Shown here in pieces: positions 25,189 through 38,592 of a stretch of DNA of 64,000 bases; the stretch's first letter is position 1, and each line of letters starts with the position of its first letter. The DNA is from Mobula hypostoma. Taxonomy: Eukaryota. The position numbers and the translations under genes were made by a program. The stretch covers positions 49,230,001 to 49,294,000 of the forward strand of contig NC_086097.1 in NCBI RefSeq assembly GCF_963921235.1, written 5' to 3'. The notes under the pieces were generated by a model, which worked only from the letters and a program-made list of their open reading frames with translations, was not told the origin of the DNA and did no database searches.

Positions 25189-26630
25189 ATTATGTCTTGT
25201 CTGTCACTCAGTTTTGAGTCACTATAAATAACAACTTCAAACCCATCTGATTAATGTAGTTTCATTCAAATCTGTCACATTCCTATCCATTCAAATCCCA
25301 GCAACACACCAACGGTATAAATTGTCATCCACTAATTACAGTAAAACTTCAATAATCTTCTATTCAGAAATCCCAAACTTTCAGTATCTGGCTCATTGCC
25401 TCCCAATTCATTTTAAACTCAGTGCCTCTATTTCCTGTGTTGCCTTTAAACTTGCAAGGTTCAATGGTAAAGATATTCCACACATCATTTGATTAAAGAA
25501 TGTGAACTAAAGTATGTTGTGGTTAATAAAATGCAACAGTCCAGCAAGTCTCCTAAACAGGCATCATGTGCCAGATTAATAGTTTTACAGCACTAGAAAA
25601 TATTTAAGAACAAGTGAGGATGTATCATTCAACAATTTTTTTTCCGTGACTGATGACATTCACTGCCTCTCTTGGCACTTCAAAGCCTAGACAAGGTAAT
25701 ACTTTAGTAAAATATGGAAAAAAGTGCTGACCCATATCTTAATGCTTCAGTAAAATATATTGTATCATAATACTAACAGGTAGTGCCACCACACCTCCAT
25801 CAGAACAAAAAGCATTTGAAACAAACAAGGCTGCTTAATGTGAACACAGAGAAGCCCATTCACTGCTTAATTAAGGAGGTGACTTGCAATCAGACAGCTG
25901 GCCAGAATGTTTACCATGACCAGAGGATGAGATGCACCCTTTTAAAATTTTAATGGACTGAGAACAAGCTGCACTGTTGGATTTGCAGAATATTCACACA
26001 TTACACATTTTGCCTGAAGATCTTTAAAGCTCAACTCAGTGAACCTTATTTTCAACACTAAATAATTTAGTTGATCTAAGGAGATTAAAAAACTAATAAA
26101 TAAGCCTGTTGTGGTAGCATGATTTGCAGCACCCCAGTTGCCTTGAAGGCTTAATTTCCAGATGTTATGTATACTGGATGAATATATTTTCTGTATAGTG
26201 TCGTATTAATACTCGTGGCTCTTGAACAAGTTCCCAGACAACATTTGGTATTCACCCTAATTGGTAAAAGCAATTTTGATTACTTACTGCAATGTAAGCA
26301 ATTAAAAGTAATCAACAAAAATCAACATAATTTCATGTTACATTGCACAAATTATTTACAATTAAAACTGCTTAGTTTCCCTGACAAGGTCTTCTTTCAG
26401 ATATCAGGATTGAAATTTGAATGATGTCTGTGTTCTTATGTGGATATGTTCTTATGATGAATGTGCACTGCAAGAGGATGAACATTAACTGAAGACTGGT
26501 TGAGAGTGGAACTCTGAATCTCCAAGCAATTTTAGGATAGGCCAATATGCCTATGCAAGCTCTTTACTAGATTAGTCCGTTACTGATCTTACTGACCTGC
26601 TTCATTCATTCTCTGCATATTCTATAATAT

Positions 26631-27101
26631 TGTCAGGATGCTGAAGCAGGGACCAAATCAGACCAAGTACTGTGCGCACTGTGATATTTCTTGAGTAGCA
26701 AATCAGAGAGGCAACAAAGTCGGTGTCAAATTTCAGGTGGAGATCAAAAGTTCCAGAGAAATCCAAAAACCAGAATTGGAAAGCAGGCAGAGTTCAGATA
26801 CGAATGCTGGAAAGGCTCAGGAAAACTCAACTGACATAATCTGGTAACAAACAGGCAAAAACACAGGACTAAAATACACTGAGCAATAAACAGAGAGGCA
26901 GATGACAGGTGGAGCACAATGAGACACAAGTGGCAGTAAAACAGGTAATAATGAGAAACAGGTGAGAGGTGGAGTACTCAGTAATACAGGGACCGGAGTA
27001 GAGCAGGAGCGGAGACAGGAGCACATGGCAATACACACCCACAGACTGACAACTAGGGGGTAAACACACAAAAAGACAGAGTTCAACTGGAGGTACTGAC
27101 A
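26631..27101. mobile_element. Solo LTR (471 bp) with 5-bp TSD
   Basis: TGTCAG...CTGACA termini; aatat at 26626-26630 and 27102-27106. Confidence 0.85.
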
Positions 27102-27109
27102 AATATATT

Positions 27110-28400
27110 TGTTTCAGGACGTGAGCATTTTCATCAAGGCTAGTATTATTTATTCATTCATTATTTGTAGTGTCGTATGACGTGGGCGAACATGATCTTG
27201 ACTATGACTGTTGTTGGCTAATTTTTCTACAGAAGTGGTTTGCCGTTGCCTTCTTCTAGGTATTGTCTTTACAAGACAAGTGACCCCAGCCATTGTCAAT
27301 ACTCATCGGAGATTATCTGCTTGGCGCCATTGGTTGCGTAAACAGGATTTGTGATGCTCATACAATCATCCACCACCTGCTCTCACGGCATCATATGACC
27401 CTGATCGGGAGGCTCAGCAGGTGCTACACCTTGCCCAAGGGTGACCTGCAGGCTAGCAGAGGGAAAGAGTGCCTTACACGTTCTTTGGTAGAGACGTATC
27501 TCCACCCAGCCATCCACTTAATCATCCTCAAAGGTGATGTTCAGCCACCACTTTACCCACGACTGTCATTCTGAGTAAATTCTATCTAGTAGTGTTGTGA
27601 GAATGATTTCTGGTATTTTGGACCAGCAGTGATGGTTAACATCTAAGTAAAAATGGTAAGGATCTTACAGATGGTAGTCCTTATGCATCTGCTAAACTCT
27701 TCCTTCTTAATTGTAGAGATCACATGTTTGAAAGGTTCTGTAAGAATAATTCAGCTGAGTAATTGCTGTGCATTTTGATGGAAGTTATAATCTGCTATCG
27801 CTCTGCACCAGCTGTGGTGGAACTGAAAGTTTGGGAGGAGAAAGGGATGCCAGGAATGTGAACAACTTCACCTTGGATGATTTTGAGCTTCTTGAGTGTT
27901 GCTGGAGCTGTGTTTGTTTAGGCAAGTGCCTTGTTGATGGCAGAAAGACTTGTGTCTGCAAATGTGAGTCATTCGTTTTGAGATATTCGCTTAGAGATAG
28001 CCCTTTTAGCCAAACATTTGCATGGCTGGTCTTGTTGAAATTCTTGTCAGTTGTGATTCCCAGGAGATGGTAATGCTGTTGAATATCAAGAAAAGATTGC
28101 TAGACACTCTTTTGATCAATACCCGGCAATGTTGTAGTGAAAATATTACCCATCATTTATCAGTATGTCTACGTTTTGTGCAGGCAAGGATGGGTTGTTT
28201 CATTTGCTGAGCATTTACAAATAAATTCAACATCAGGTAAACATCAGTTCAAACGTTATGATGACACCTTAAAGAAACTGCTGAAGGTAGTTATTCTTAT
28301 GGCAATGCCTGGAGAACCATCAACTATTACTATTCACTTTTTCAATGCCATTAGAATGCTTTTCCCTCTAATTCCCACTGCATCAATATACCATTATCAC
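27110..28400 (-). mobile_element. Very old LINE 3' region (same type as 4370-5060)
   Basis: Loose colinearity with 4370-5060; no ORF. Confidence 0.3.
27168..27515 (-). mobile_element. SINE-like element with RTE-type tail motif
   Basis: Minus strand reads ggtcacccttgggcaagg (CORE-like) and agaaggcaacggcaaaccacttct (RTE/Bov-B-type motif); interrupts an older LINE. Confidence 0.5.
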
Positions 28401-28491
28401 TGAAATCTGGTCTGAGACAGGAAAAATTTTGCCTGTAAATAATTTAGGTCTCCTATCTTACAAATAAGCTATCTCTTTTTGGAGATAAGCT

Positions 28492-29600
28492 AACTCCCAA
28501 ACCAGTGGTGAACACTGAAATTCTCAAAAGAGATTCAATGAAATGCTGTCCTAACAAGTGTCATGCATTGTGTATTTGTGAAGATATTGCAATGATTAGT
28601 AGTGTTAGTTTTGCTAAGGCTTTATGGAGCCATATTTACTGGAATACCACCTCGATGCCAAGATGAGTTCCTTTTACCCTACCAAAGAATACAGCTCTTT
28701 GCTCCATGACTGGACCAACTGTGGCATTATCAGCCAGAGAGTGATCCTGGGAAAACTCATTCAGCGCACCAGTGAGCAGGTTACCCCAAGCTAAGTGCTC
28801 CTTCATAGGTCTGGTCAACGATATTTTCATTTTTTTTTCAAGCAGATTGAGAGTAGACTGACTGGGTAATTAGCTGGTTTGATTTTGTGTATAGCTGAGA
28901 ATGACAAAGTCAAGAAAATACAGAGACGCTGGAGATCCAAAGCAACACACACAAAACTCAGCAGGTCAGACAGCATCCATGGAAAAGAGTAAACAGTCAA
29001 CATTTCAGGCTGAGACCCTTCTTCAAGACACAATGCCTAAACTTCCCCTTCTGTCTACACCACAATGGCACTTGCTTTTGTCTATCTGTATTGCTATGTT
29101 TCATTTTCACTTGTCATCCCAAGCCAGTACCAAAAATCCAGGATTGTTACTGCAATTGCTGCTGTTTCCTCCTGTAGTTGTTTGTGCTGTTCCCACTTCC
29201 TGCTAGGCCTGGGGTTGCTGGTGCAGATCCTGATGTTCCAATTACGACTGCTGCAGGTAGTCACCTTAGTCTTCATCCACAGATCCGGAGTAGCACATAG
29301 AAGCAGCATCCTTTCTAATCTAATTCATTTGAGATCAAAGTGCTAATCAGACAACCAAATCTTTACAGTGCTGTAAATTATATTCACGCAAATGGGCAAG
29401 GCATTCAGTAATCAGTAATCAGTACACTTGGCCCTTTTTCACCATATTTTTGCCATTCACCAAGTCCCAGGAAACTTAGAAATGATATTTGGACCAAATT
29501 TATAGTATAAAACCCACATTTTAAAAAAAACTCCTAAACCAGTGGTGAACACTGAAATTCTCCAAAGAGATTCAATGAAATGCTGTCCTAACAAGTGTCA
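28492..29600 (+). repeat. 72-bp dispersed direct repeat (28492-28563 and 29529-29600)
   Basis: aactcc(c/t)aaaccagtggtgaacactg...cctaacaagtgtca, 70/72 identical. Confidence 0.92.
28905..29028 (-). mobile_element. PLE 3' end remnant with decayed hammerhead
   Basis: gcaacacacacaaaactcagcaggtcag..cagtcaacatttcaggctgagacccttcttcaaga. Confidence 0.7.
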
Positions 29601-31415
29601 GGGTGCCAAGATTGGGAGATTGTAACTGCTTTTTCAATGCACTCTCGTTTTTACTATGTTTCCCTTTAGAAGCAGCTCAGAGGAACTTTCAGCCCCTTAT
29701 TTTTCCACCTTAACTTGCATTTTAGTATCACAGTTCTCAGACATGTTTTTTGGGTCTGAATTAATTAGCTTGTAAGTAAATTTATTAGAATTCCCAATTC
29801 TAAATAATTTGCGTACTTACATGTTTGAAAGCTTGCATCCACACTCAAATCTGATAAGGACCCTACATTGATATAATAATTTCATTTTTCATTTAATTTC
29901 TTGATGATATTTATTTAAATACAGCAATCTTGTATCCCACTTCAGCAACGATCACAAGTGCCTTAAATTAACTTAGCGATTTCATACTATTTCTACAAAT
30001 GTAGAACAAGTTCATAATTCAAGGACAAAAATGTCCAAAATACACTTCACTTACTTTTCTCTTTAGGAATTATGAATTCCTGCATCTTATATTTTACATA
30101 AATATAAATTCCTATATATTCTTAGAACAAAATGAATTCTCAAGCTTCTAGGCTTTTTGCAGGAAAGGCATTGATACTCTACCAGTTTGATCTAATTAAA
30201 TAGCCAAGGATATTACCTGTGAATGACACAAATAAACTGGGGTCAGAGAGGCAGCAAAAAAAGAGTTGGATTTTGAAATGGAAATTTCTACTTATCTGAC
30301 TTTCCATTAAAAAATCATGAATGTGAGTTCATCTTTATGAATCTGAGTGGCCAAATATCAGTTACTTGGGTTATGTTGACAGTATATTTGAAATTCTTCA
30401 TTAACATTTTGGTTTATGGTGCCTAGCAAAAATAGGATCATATGGAATTTCAATACAGAAAGTTTGTGCATCTTTTTAAGAATCAGCACAGAAACAGGAC
30501 ATTCAAACAGGAGCATAGTTTGTGCTGTAGGTTTTGTCAACGTGCACTGGTAATCTAATCCCCACTCCTTCCATTCCTTTATCATTATCTTAAATATTTC
30601 ATTGCCCCCTGTGTAGCCGAAGAAAACAGTTCTTTCACTGTGCTCTAATATACTCATCTGTAATCCTGAAGACCACTAACAGTTCATTTCATAAAGCCAA
30701 GCCTCGAGTCTTCTTAACAGTAACTCTGAACAACGTATTACAAAGTTGTTTCAATATCCCTCCTTCTAATACAGTGTCTAAATAAAGCTGGTCCTTTTCT
30801 TGCCAATTTGTGCTGTTATCAACAGCAGGGCAACTCCAATTCAATTAACAATCCTCTTTCTTAGACAGTCTGTCAGAACTGAGGATAGCCTGCCTCCACT
30901 CTGGTTCTGGGAGTTCTCAGGTGGCTATGGAGTCCCATGTGGAACCTTTAGGTGGACCCGGTCATTTTGGGAAAGGGTACCCCCATTCTATTATTTATGA
31001 TAGCTTTCTATTTGTTGGAGAATCAAGATACTATTGCAGAGGTGGCTTTTTCTATTTTAAGCGCTTGTGGGCCTGGGATTCCCACCTGTGGGTAAAATGA
31101 TATATTTTTTACTGCTCAAGAAGCTGTTGAACATATCCATGAAGTACTTCCTCTGTCCTCCCAATGACTTCTTGTTATGATGGAATTTGGAGTGCAGTTT
31201 CGTTTTGGACATGGAGTCAATGTGTTTAATCAACAGAGACAACAGGGCCAATAAGTCTTGATACCAGGGATGTTAACATTAGAAATGATGCTGGTATCTG
31301 ATAAACCATCCAGTGGATGTAGTATCGGGATGAATTTATGAGGGCACTCAAAGTTGAGAAAGATTCTTCACAATTTCTCCCATTTTTCAGGCAAAGGATT
31401 AGGATTGAAGGGCAA

Positions 31416-31683
31416 TATTTATTTAAAGATACTGCATAGAACAACCTTTCTGCTGTGTCCAACAAGCCATGTCACTCAACAGCCCACCTATTTAACACTA
31501 GCTGCAATGACAAATTAACCTACTAACTGATACATCTTTGGACTGAGGAAACTGGAGCACCAGAGGAAACCCATGCTATCACAGGGAGAACGTATAAACT
31601 CCTTACAGATGGCACCGGAAATGAACTCTGAACTCCAACACTCCGAGCTGTAATAGAGTCATGCTAACTGCTATGGTACCATG
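31416..31683 (-). mobile_element. V-SINE (HE1-like)
   Basis: Minus strand: tRNA-like head, gggtttcctctggtgctccagtttcctc..agtccaaagatgtatcagttagtaggttaatt V-domain, aaataaata tail. Confidence 0.75.
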
Positions 31684-32069
31684 GTTTAATATGAAGGTCC
31701 ATACTGCAAACTGCATTTTGCTTGAAGTTGATGTGTTGCCCAGTGTGTCTCTGAGTCAGACAGCAGTGAGATTCTATTATTTTCTGCAATTAAATTTGTT
31801 GTCTTTCTTGGACACTTGTTGATTCATTCACTGTGGTAGGTTAGAAAATGGGCCTTGATCTAAATAAGTGGTGATAATCATTGCATCTCTCATTCCCCAG
31901 AAAAGGAAATGAGTCAGTAGTTCATCTCTTTCAAGAGAGATACAACAACAGAAATCCTGTCAGCTCCAGGGATCCTGCTGTTTTACAATTGGCATGTTAC
32001 CCTTTCACCCTCTTGTCAGCCTGGGGTAGTGGTGAGACTTTGGCAGAGTAAGATGGAATTGAGGATGCT

Positions 32070-33208
32070 CATAGAACATAGAATAGTACAGCACAGTACA
32101 GGCCCTTTGGCCCACAATGTTGTGCCGACCCTCAAACCCTGCCTCCTATATAAGCCCCCACCTTAAATTCCTCCATATACCTGTCTAGTAGTCTCTTAAA
32201 CTTCACTAGTGTATCTGCCTCCACCACTGACTCAGGCAGTGCATTCCATGCACCAACCACTCTGAGTAAAAAACCTTCCTCTAATATCCCCCTTGAACTT
32301 CCCACCTCTTACCTTAAAGCCATGTCCTCTTGTATTGAGCAGTGGTGCCCTGGGGAAGAGGCGCTGACTATCCACTCTATCTATTCCTCTTATTATCTTG
32401 TACACCTCTATCATGTCTCCTCTCATCCTCCTTCTCTCCAAAGAGTAAAACCCTAGCTCCCTTAATCTCTGATCATAATCCATACTCTCTAAACCAGGCA
32501 GCATCCTGGTAAATCTCCTCTGCACCCTTTCCAATGCTTCCACATCCTTCCTATAGTGAGGCAACCAGAACTGGACACAGTACTCCAAGTGTGGCCTAAC
32601 CAGAGTTTTATAGAGCTGCATCATTACACCGCGACTCTTAAACTCTATCCCTCGACTTATGAAAGCTAACACCCCATAGGCTTTCTTAACTACCCTATCC
32701 ACCTGTGAGGCAACTTTCAGGGATCTGTGGACATGTACCCCGAGATCTCTCTGCTCCTCCACACTACCAAGTATCCTGCCATTTATTTTGTACTCTACCT
32801 TGTGTCCTTCCAAAGTGTACCACCTCACACTTCTCTGGGTTGAACTCCCATCTGCCACTTCTCAGCCCACTTCTGCATCTTATCAATGTCTCTCTGGAAT
32901 CTTTGACAATCCTCTACACTATCTACAACACCACCAACCTTTGTGTCGTCTGCAAACTTGCCAACCCACCCTTCTACCCCCACATCCAGGTCGTTAATAA
33001 AAATCACGAAAAGTAGAGGACCCAGAACAGATCCTTGTGGGACACCACTCGTCACAATCCTCCAATCTGAATGTACTCCCTCCACCATGACCCTCTGCCT
33101 TCTGCAGGCAAGCCAATTCTGAATCCACCTGGCCAAACTTCCCTGGATCCCATGCCTTCTGACCTTTTGAATAAGCCTACCATGTGGAACCTTGTCAAAT
33201 GCCTTACT
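32070..33208 (-). mobile_element. CR1 LINE, 5'-truncated, young
   Basis: [42 protein letters not shown]; catagaacatagaa tail. Confidence 0.95.
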
Positions 33209-33766
33209 ATAAAATAAAATCAGAGTTTTGGTTGAGAAAATCTTTGATGCCGTTTCAGCAGGTTCCAACTGGCTCTTTGCCTTTGAGATCTCTTTTCTTT
33301 ACTCTCAGTGGGTTGGGTTATTCACTAGATGGTGGTTATCAGATATTCTCTCGGTTTCTTGCGCTCATTCCACTACTATGTTATGTCTCAAGTCTTCTGT
33401 TGAACCTTTTAGGTGAGAAAAGAACTGTTTCTTTTCTCTTGAGATGTTCCAATCTTTATATTTGCATTTAGGATCTCTTGATCATTCTTATCAAACTAGT
33501 CCCTAAATTTTCTGTAGTGGAAGTAAAAAGCTGATTCTGATGGACCAGGGCAGTCCAGACACTCTGCTGCTCCTGTTAGATGGTTTTCTCTGAAAAATTG
33601 GCAGAGGAAAGCTCCTTTTGCAGGCTTCAACGCTGCTTTTCTTGTGACTAACCTGAATGCTCATGAGCCTACCTTAATCAAAAGATGCTGATGGAGGACT
33701 CTTCAATAGTGCTACTGATGTTACATGCTTACCAAAAAAATACTCACCAATGCTTTGTTTAGGGTG

Positions 33767-34328
33767 TGTCAGGGTGACTTGGCTCCGAAGCTCACAGCAG
33801 CCTCGGCCCTCGGATGGATGGACTAGAGCCAAATTCCAGAGGTGAAATGGAAGTGATTGTCTTTGACAGGATTAGGCTGCACTTAACGAAGGGTAGCATC
33901 AAATAAAGTTGCAATTGTTGTTGCATGAATGAAGCCGTCGGAGGAAAGTACTGGTGGATATGAAGCAGTTTCTTTATTTGACAAAACAAGATAGAGCAGG
34001 CATCATATGGAGGCACTTTTAGTCGAAAGGTCTCCCTCTGCCCAGCACTACACACATTTTATGGGCTAAAGATCAAAGAAAATTCAGGACAAGTCAAACA
34101 AATTCATATTTACAATCTTCCTACCATCACACCAAAAATAAGTGTTGCATCCATCGAATGGTAAGTTGATTGGATTTATGCAAATGCAGACAATCAGCTA
34201 AGTGCCTGTCGCTTGGTCTCTGAATCTATTCTTCAGAGCTGCATTAAAATCAAATCTACAATTCAGATGTGAAGACTGGTGGCCAACGTTATCTGCTAAA
34301 TGTGCTAAACCTAAACATCGCTCCAACA
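33767..34328 (-). mobile_element. Possible solo LTR
   Basis: TGT...ACA ends; minus-strand TATA-like cataaaa (~34060) followed by AATAAA (~33975); no TSD found. Confidence 0.35.
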
Positions 34329-34479
34329 GAAGTCACTATAACAGCAATCAAAAGAAGTCATGGTGAACATTCCCTCTGCTAGAGTCAATCTGTGACAAAG
34401 GTAGTTGTTGTACTTGTTGGAGAGCATTCACCTCTGGCACAGAGATTGCTGGGACAGTTTCACAAGGAAGTGACCCAGG

Positions 34480-36410
34480 AACCTAGGGAAAGTTACTGGA
34501 AGAGACAGGATTGATTTAATGATAGTCTGCATCAATCTGAATGTAGGAAATCAATCTCATGAATGTGATTGAACTTTTTGAAGAGATTATCAGGAGGGTT
34601 GATGAAGACAGGGCAGGAGAAATTTGCTACATGGACTTTTACAAGCTGGACTGGAAGGTTAGAACACATGGGATCCAGAGTGAAATAGCCAGTTGGGTAC
34701 AAAATCGGCTTGTTGCTTGTGGAGGGTTATTTTTCAGATTGTAGGCCTGTGAATAGTGTTGTGCCACAGGGGGTCACTGCTGGGTCTCTTGTTGTTTGTC
34801 ATACAATCTAATGAATTGGTTGAGAATGTAGGTGTCATAGTCATAGTCATAGTCATGCTTTATTGATCCCGGGGGAAAATGGTTTTCGTTGCAGTTGCAC
34901 CATAAATAATAAATAGTAATAAAACCATAAATAGTTAAATAGTAATATGTAAATTATGCCAGGAAATAAGTCCAGGACCAGCCTATTGGCACAGGGTGTC
35001 TGACCCTCCAAGGGAGGAGTTGTAAAGTTTGATGGCCACAGGCGGGAATGACTTCCTATGACGCTCTGTGTTGCATCTCAGTGGAATGAGTCTCTGGCTG
35101 AATGTACTCCTGTGCCCAACCAGTACATCATGTAGTGGATATGAGACATTGTCCAAGATGGCATGTAACTTGGACAGCATCCTCTTTTCAGACACCACCG
35201 TCAGAGAGTCCAGTTCCATCCCCACGACATCACTGGACTTACGAATGAGTTTGTTGATTCTGTTGGTGTCTGCTACCCTCAGCCTGCTGCCCCAGCACAC
35301 AACAGCAAACATGATAGCACTGGCCATCACAGACTCGTAGAACATCCTCAGCATCGTCCGGCATATGTTAAAGGACCTCAGTCTCCTCAGGAAATAGAGA
35401 CAGCTCTGATTCTTCTTGTAGACAGCCTCAGTGTTCTTTGACCAGTCCAGTTTATTGTCAATTCGTATCCCAGGTATTTGTAATCCTCCACCATGTCCAC
35501 ACTGACCCCTTGGATGGAAACAGGGGTCACCGGTACCTTAGCTCTCCTCAGGTCTACCACCAGCTCCTTAGTCTTTTTCACATTAAGCTGCAGATAATTC
35601 TGCTCACACCATGTGACAAAGTTTCCTACTGTAGCCCTGTACTCAGCCTCATCTCCCTTGCTGATGCATCCAACTATGGAAGAGTCATCAGAAAACTTCT
35701 GAAGATGACAAGACTCTGTGCAGTAGTTGAAGTCCGAGGTGTAAATGGTGAAGAGAAAAGGAGACAAGACAGTCCCCTGTGAAACCCTAGGACATAATAG
35801 TAAATGCACAGATGATCAAAAGTTACAGCTCAGAGTGAAGAAGTTGTCTAAGGTTACAAAAGGATATAGATCAACTGGGAAAGTGGGCAAGGGAATAGCA
35901 GATGAATTTTAATTTGAACATATGAGAAGTGTTAATTTTGGTAATGTAAATCAGGCCAGGACATACACAGTGAATGGGAGAACCCAGAGGAGTAGTGTTG
36001 AACAGAGAGACTATGGGGTACAAGAGCAGAGCTCCTGAAAGTAGTGCCATAGATAGACTGGGCAATAAAGAAGGCATATACATGTACCATGTTTACAGGA
36101 GTTGAGATATTGTCTTCCAGTGGTACAATACATTGGTTACACTGTACTCAGGTAGTAGGAAGGTTGTGATTAAGCTAGAGAAGAGGCAGAAAAGATTTAC
36201 AAGGATGCCAGCTGAACTGGAAAGCTCGAGTTATAAGCAGAGTTTGGATAGGCTGGGACTGCTTTCATTGGAGTAAGGCAGTCTGAGGGGTGGCCTTATA
36301 AATGTTTATAAAAATATAAGTGACATGGGTAGGGTAGTTGATCTTTTTACAAGGGTATGGGAATTTTAAACTAGAGGGCTTAGGGTTAAGGAGAGAGGGG
36401 AAAGTTTTCT
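34480..36410 (+). mobile_element. Old CR1 LINE interrupted by Rex1
   Basis: MNVIELFEEIIRRVDEDRA..YMDF..KVRTHGIQ; resumes at ~35790 (KCTDDQK, decayed KFADDTK). Confidence 0.7.
34834..35783 (-). mobile_element. Rex1 LINE, 5'-truncated, young
   Basis: QGTVLSPFLFTIYTSDF, QKFSDDS, LQLNVKKTKELVVD, MLRMFYESVMASAIMFAVVCWG; (CTATGA)n tail at 34834-34856. Confidence 0.92.
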
Positions 36411-38592
36411 ATTCATAAGTCTCTCATTTAATGAAGCCACAGATGTTCTCGCACATTTCTGAGTATTCCCAGCTGTTAATTTGAATTTGGAGAGATAAAT
36501 TATGTTCATAGTGCCTGCCAATGACCCTCTCTAACAAGAAAGAATTCAACCATTTCCCTTTGAGATTTGATGGCATTATCATCACCAAATCTGTTATCAA
36601 CTAGTCACATAATGTCTGTACCGGACAATAACATAGCCAGTAAGGCATACTTTAAATGTGATAATTGCTTAGTGGAAGTTTTGTCCAAAATCAGAATATT
36701 TTCATCTTTGTTAAATAAAGGAGTACCTTCACCTGCAATTCCAGTAGATGGTTCACCAGTCCTTGTTAGCCATGGGCAAATTAAATCCTTATCTTTTGTG
36801 ATCTATATGTGAATTTTAAATAAAGGCTTTCAATTTAAAAGTTATGGATTTTTAAATAGATAAATAAAGTTTTTAGTGACACTGACCTGCTGATTTATTA
36901 CTTTAATCTTTTCGGAACTAAATCTGTTTCATAATTCAACAGAAGAACTGCTAAAATATGGAAAGATTTAAGGTGAAATATGGTCAGCATTCAAACTATT
37001 GTTATTGACTAATCTGCAAGAACAATTATATTTTAAAATGTGTGCTTATTGCTAATCAGTGTAGATGTTAGAGAAATGTAATTTCCTATAAAATGTATTT
37101 ATTTTTCCACGTAATTTAATCATTTTGACTAAAGGTAATCATGAAGGTGGCAAGCAAATGACAAGAAACTAATCTTCTTTGCCTATCACATTTCTTGGCA
37201 ATTTAATCTTATTTCCCTGTTATTGGCTACCAAGGTTCAGGGTGTGAAAGCAATAATCTTTTTCTTAATCTCATTTTATTGGTTTGATTATTGTATTCCA
37301 GATATAAAGAGTTTTGTATTTAATTTCTCCGGAGTCCTTGTTATCTTGCATTAAGTCTCAAGCATGATTTTGTCCCACAGCGAGAGTATTAATTTATCCG
37401 AGATCATGTAATATTCAATAAGACCATAAGATATAGGAACAGAATTAGGCCATTTTGGCCCATCGAGTCTGCTCCGCCATTTCATCATGTCTGATGCAGT
37501 TTTCCTCTCAGCCCCATTATTCTGCCTTCTCCCCGTATCTCTTCTTGCCCTGACCAATCAAGAATCTAACAACTGTCGCCTTAAATATACATAAAGACTT
37601 GGCCTCCACAGCTGCCTGTGGCAAAGAATTTCGCAGAGTCACCACCCTCTGGCTAAAGAAATTCCAATCAATCACCATTCTCAAAAGACACCCCTGTATT
37701 TTGAGGCTGTGTCCTCTGGTCTTCGACTCTCCCACCAGAGGAAATATCCTCCCCACATCAACTCTATCAACACCTTTTACCATTCGATTGGTTTCAATGA
37801 GATCACCCCTCATTCTTCTGAATTCTAGTGAATACAGGCCCAGAGCCATCAAACACTCTGCATATGAGAAGCCATTCAATCCTGGAATCATTTTCCTGAA
37901 CTTCCTTTATACCCTCTCCAGTTTCAGCATATCCCTTCTAAAATCAGGGGCCCAAATGAGGCCTCACCAGTGCTTTATAAACTCTCAATATTACACTCTT
38001 GCTTTTATATACTAGTCCTTTTGAAATGAATGCTAACATTGTATTTGCTTTCCTCACCACAGACTCAACCTGCAAATTAACCTTTAAGGAATCCTGCACA
38101 AAGACTTCAAAGTTCCCTTGCACCTCAGTTTTTGTATTTTCTCTCCATTTAGAAAATAGTCTACTGTTTCATTTCTTCTACCAAAGTGCATGACCATACA
38201 CTTCCTGACACTGTTTTCAATATGCCATTTCTTTGCCCATTCTCCTAATCTGTCTAAGTCCTTCTGTGGCCTATCTACTTCCTCGAAACTACCTGCCCCT
38301 CCATCATATCATCTGCAAACTTTACAACAAAGCTATAAATTCTATCATCCAAATCATTGGCATATAATTTACTAAGAATCTGTCCAAACACAAAACCCTG
38401 TGGAAAACCACTAGTCATCGGTAGCCAACCAGAAAAGGCTCCTTTTGCCAATCAGCTAATACCCTATCCATGCTAGAATCTTTCCTGTAAAACCATGGGC
38501 TCGTAGCTTGTTAAGCAGCCTCATGTATGGCACCTTGTCAAAAGCCTTCTGAAAATCCAAGTACACAACGTCAACCAATTCTCCTCTGTCTA

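Larger units (their letters stand above)
30860..33730 (-). mobile_element. Old RTE-clade LINE, fragmented by V-SINE and CR1 insertions
   Basis: ORF 31057..31251 KKSLGGQRKYFMD resembles the RTE C-terminal GGQKKRFKD motif; extent beyond 31400 is uncertain. Confidence 0.45.

Noticed and set aside
30358..30657. 99-aa minus-strand ORF in unique sequence
   Set aside because: AT-rich, no domain similarity I can recognise, weak splice context
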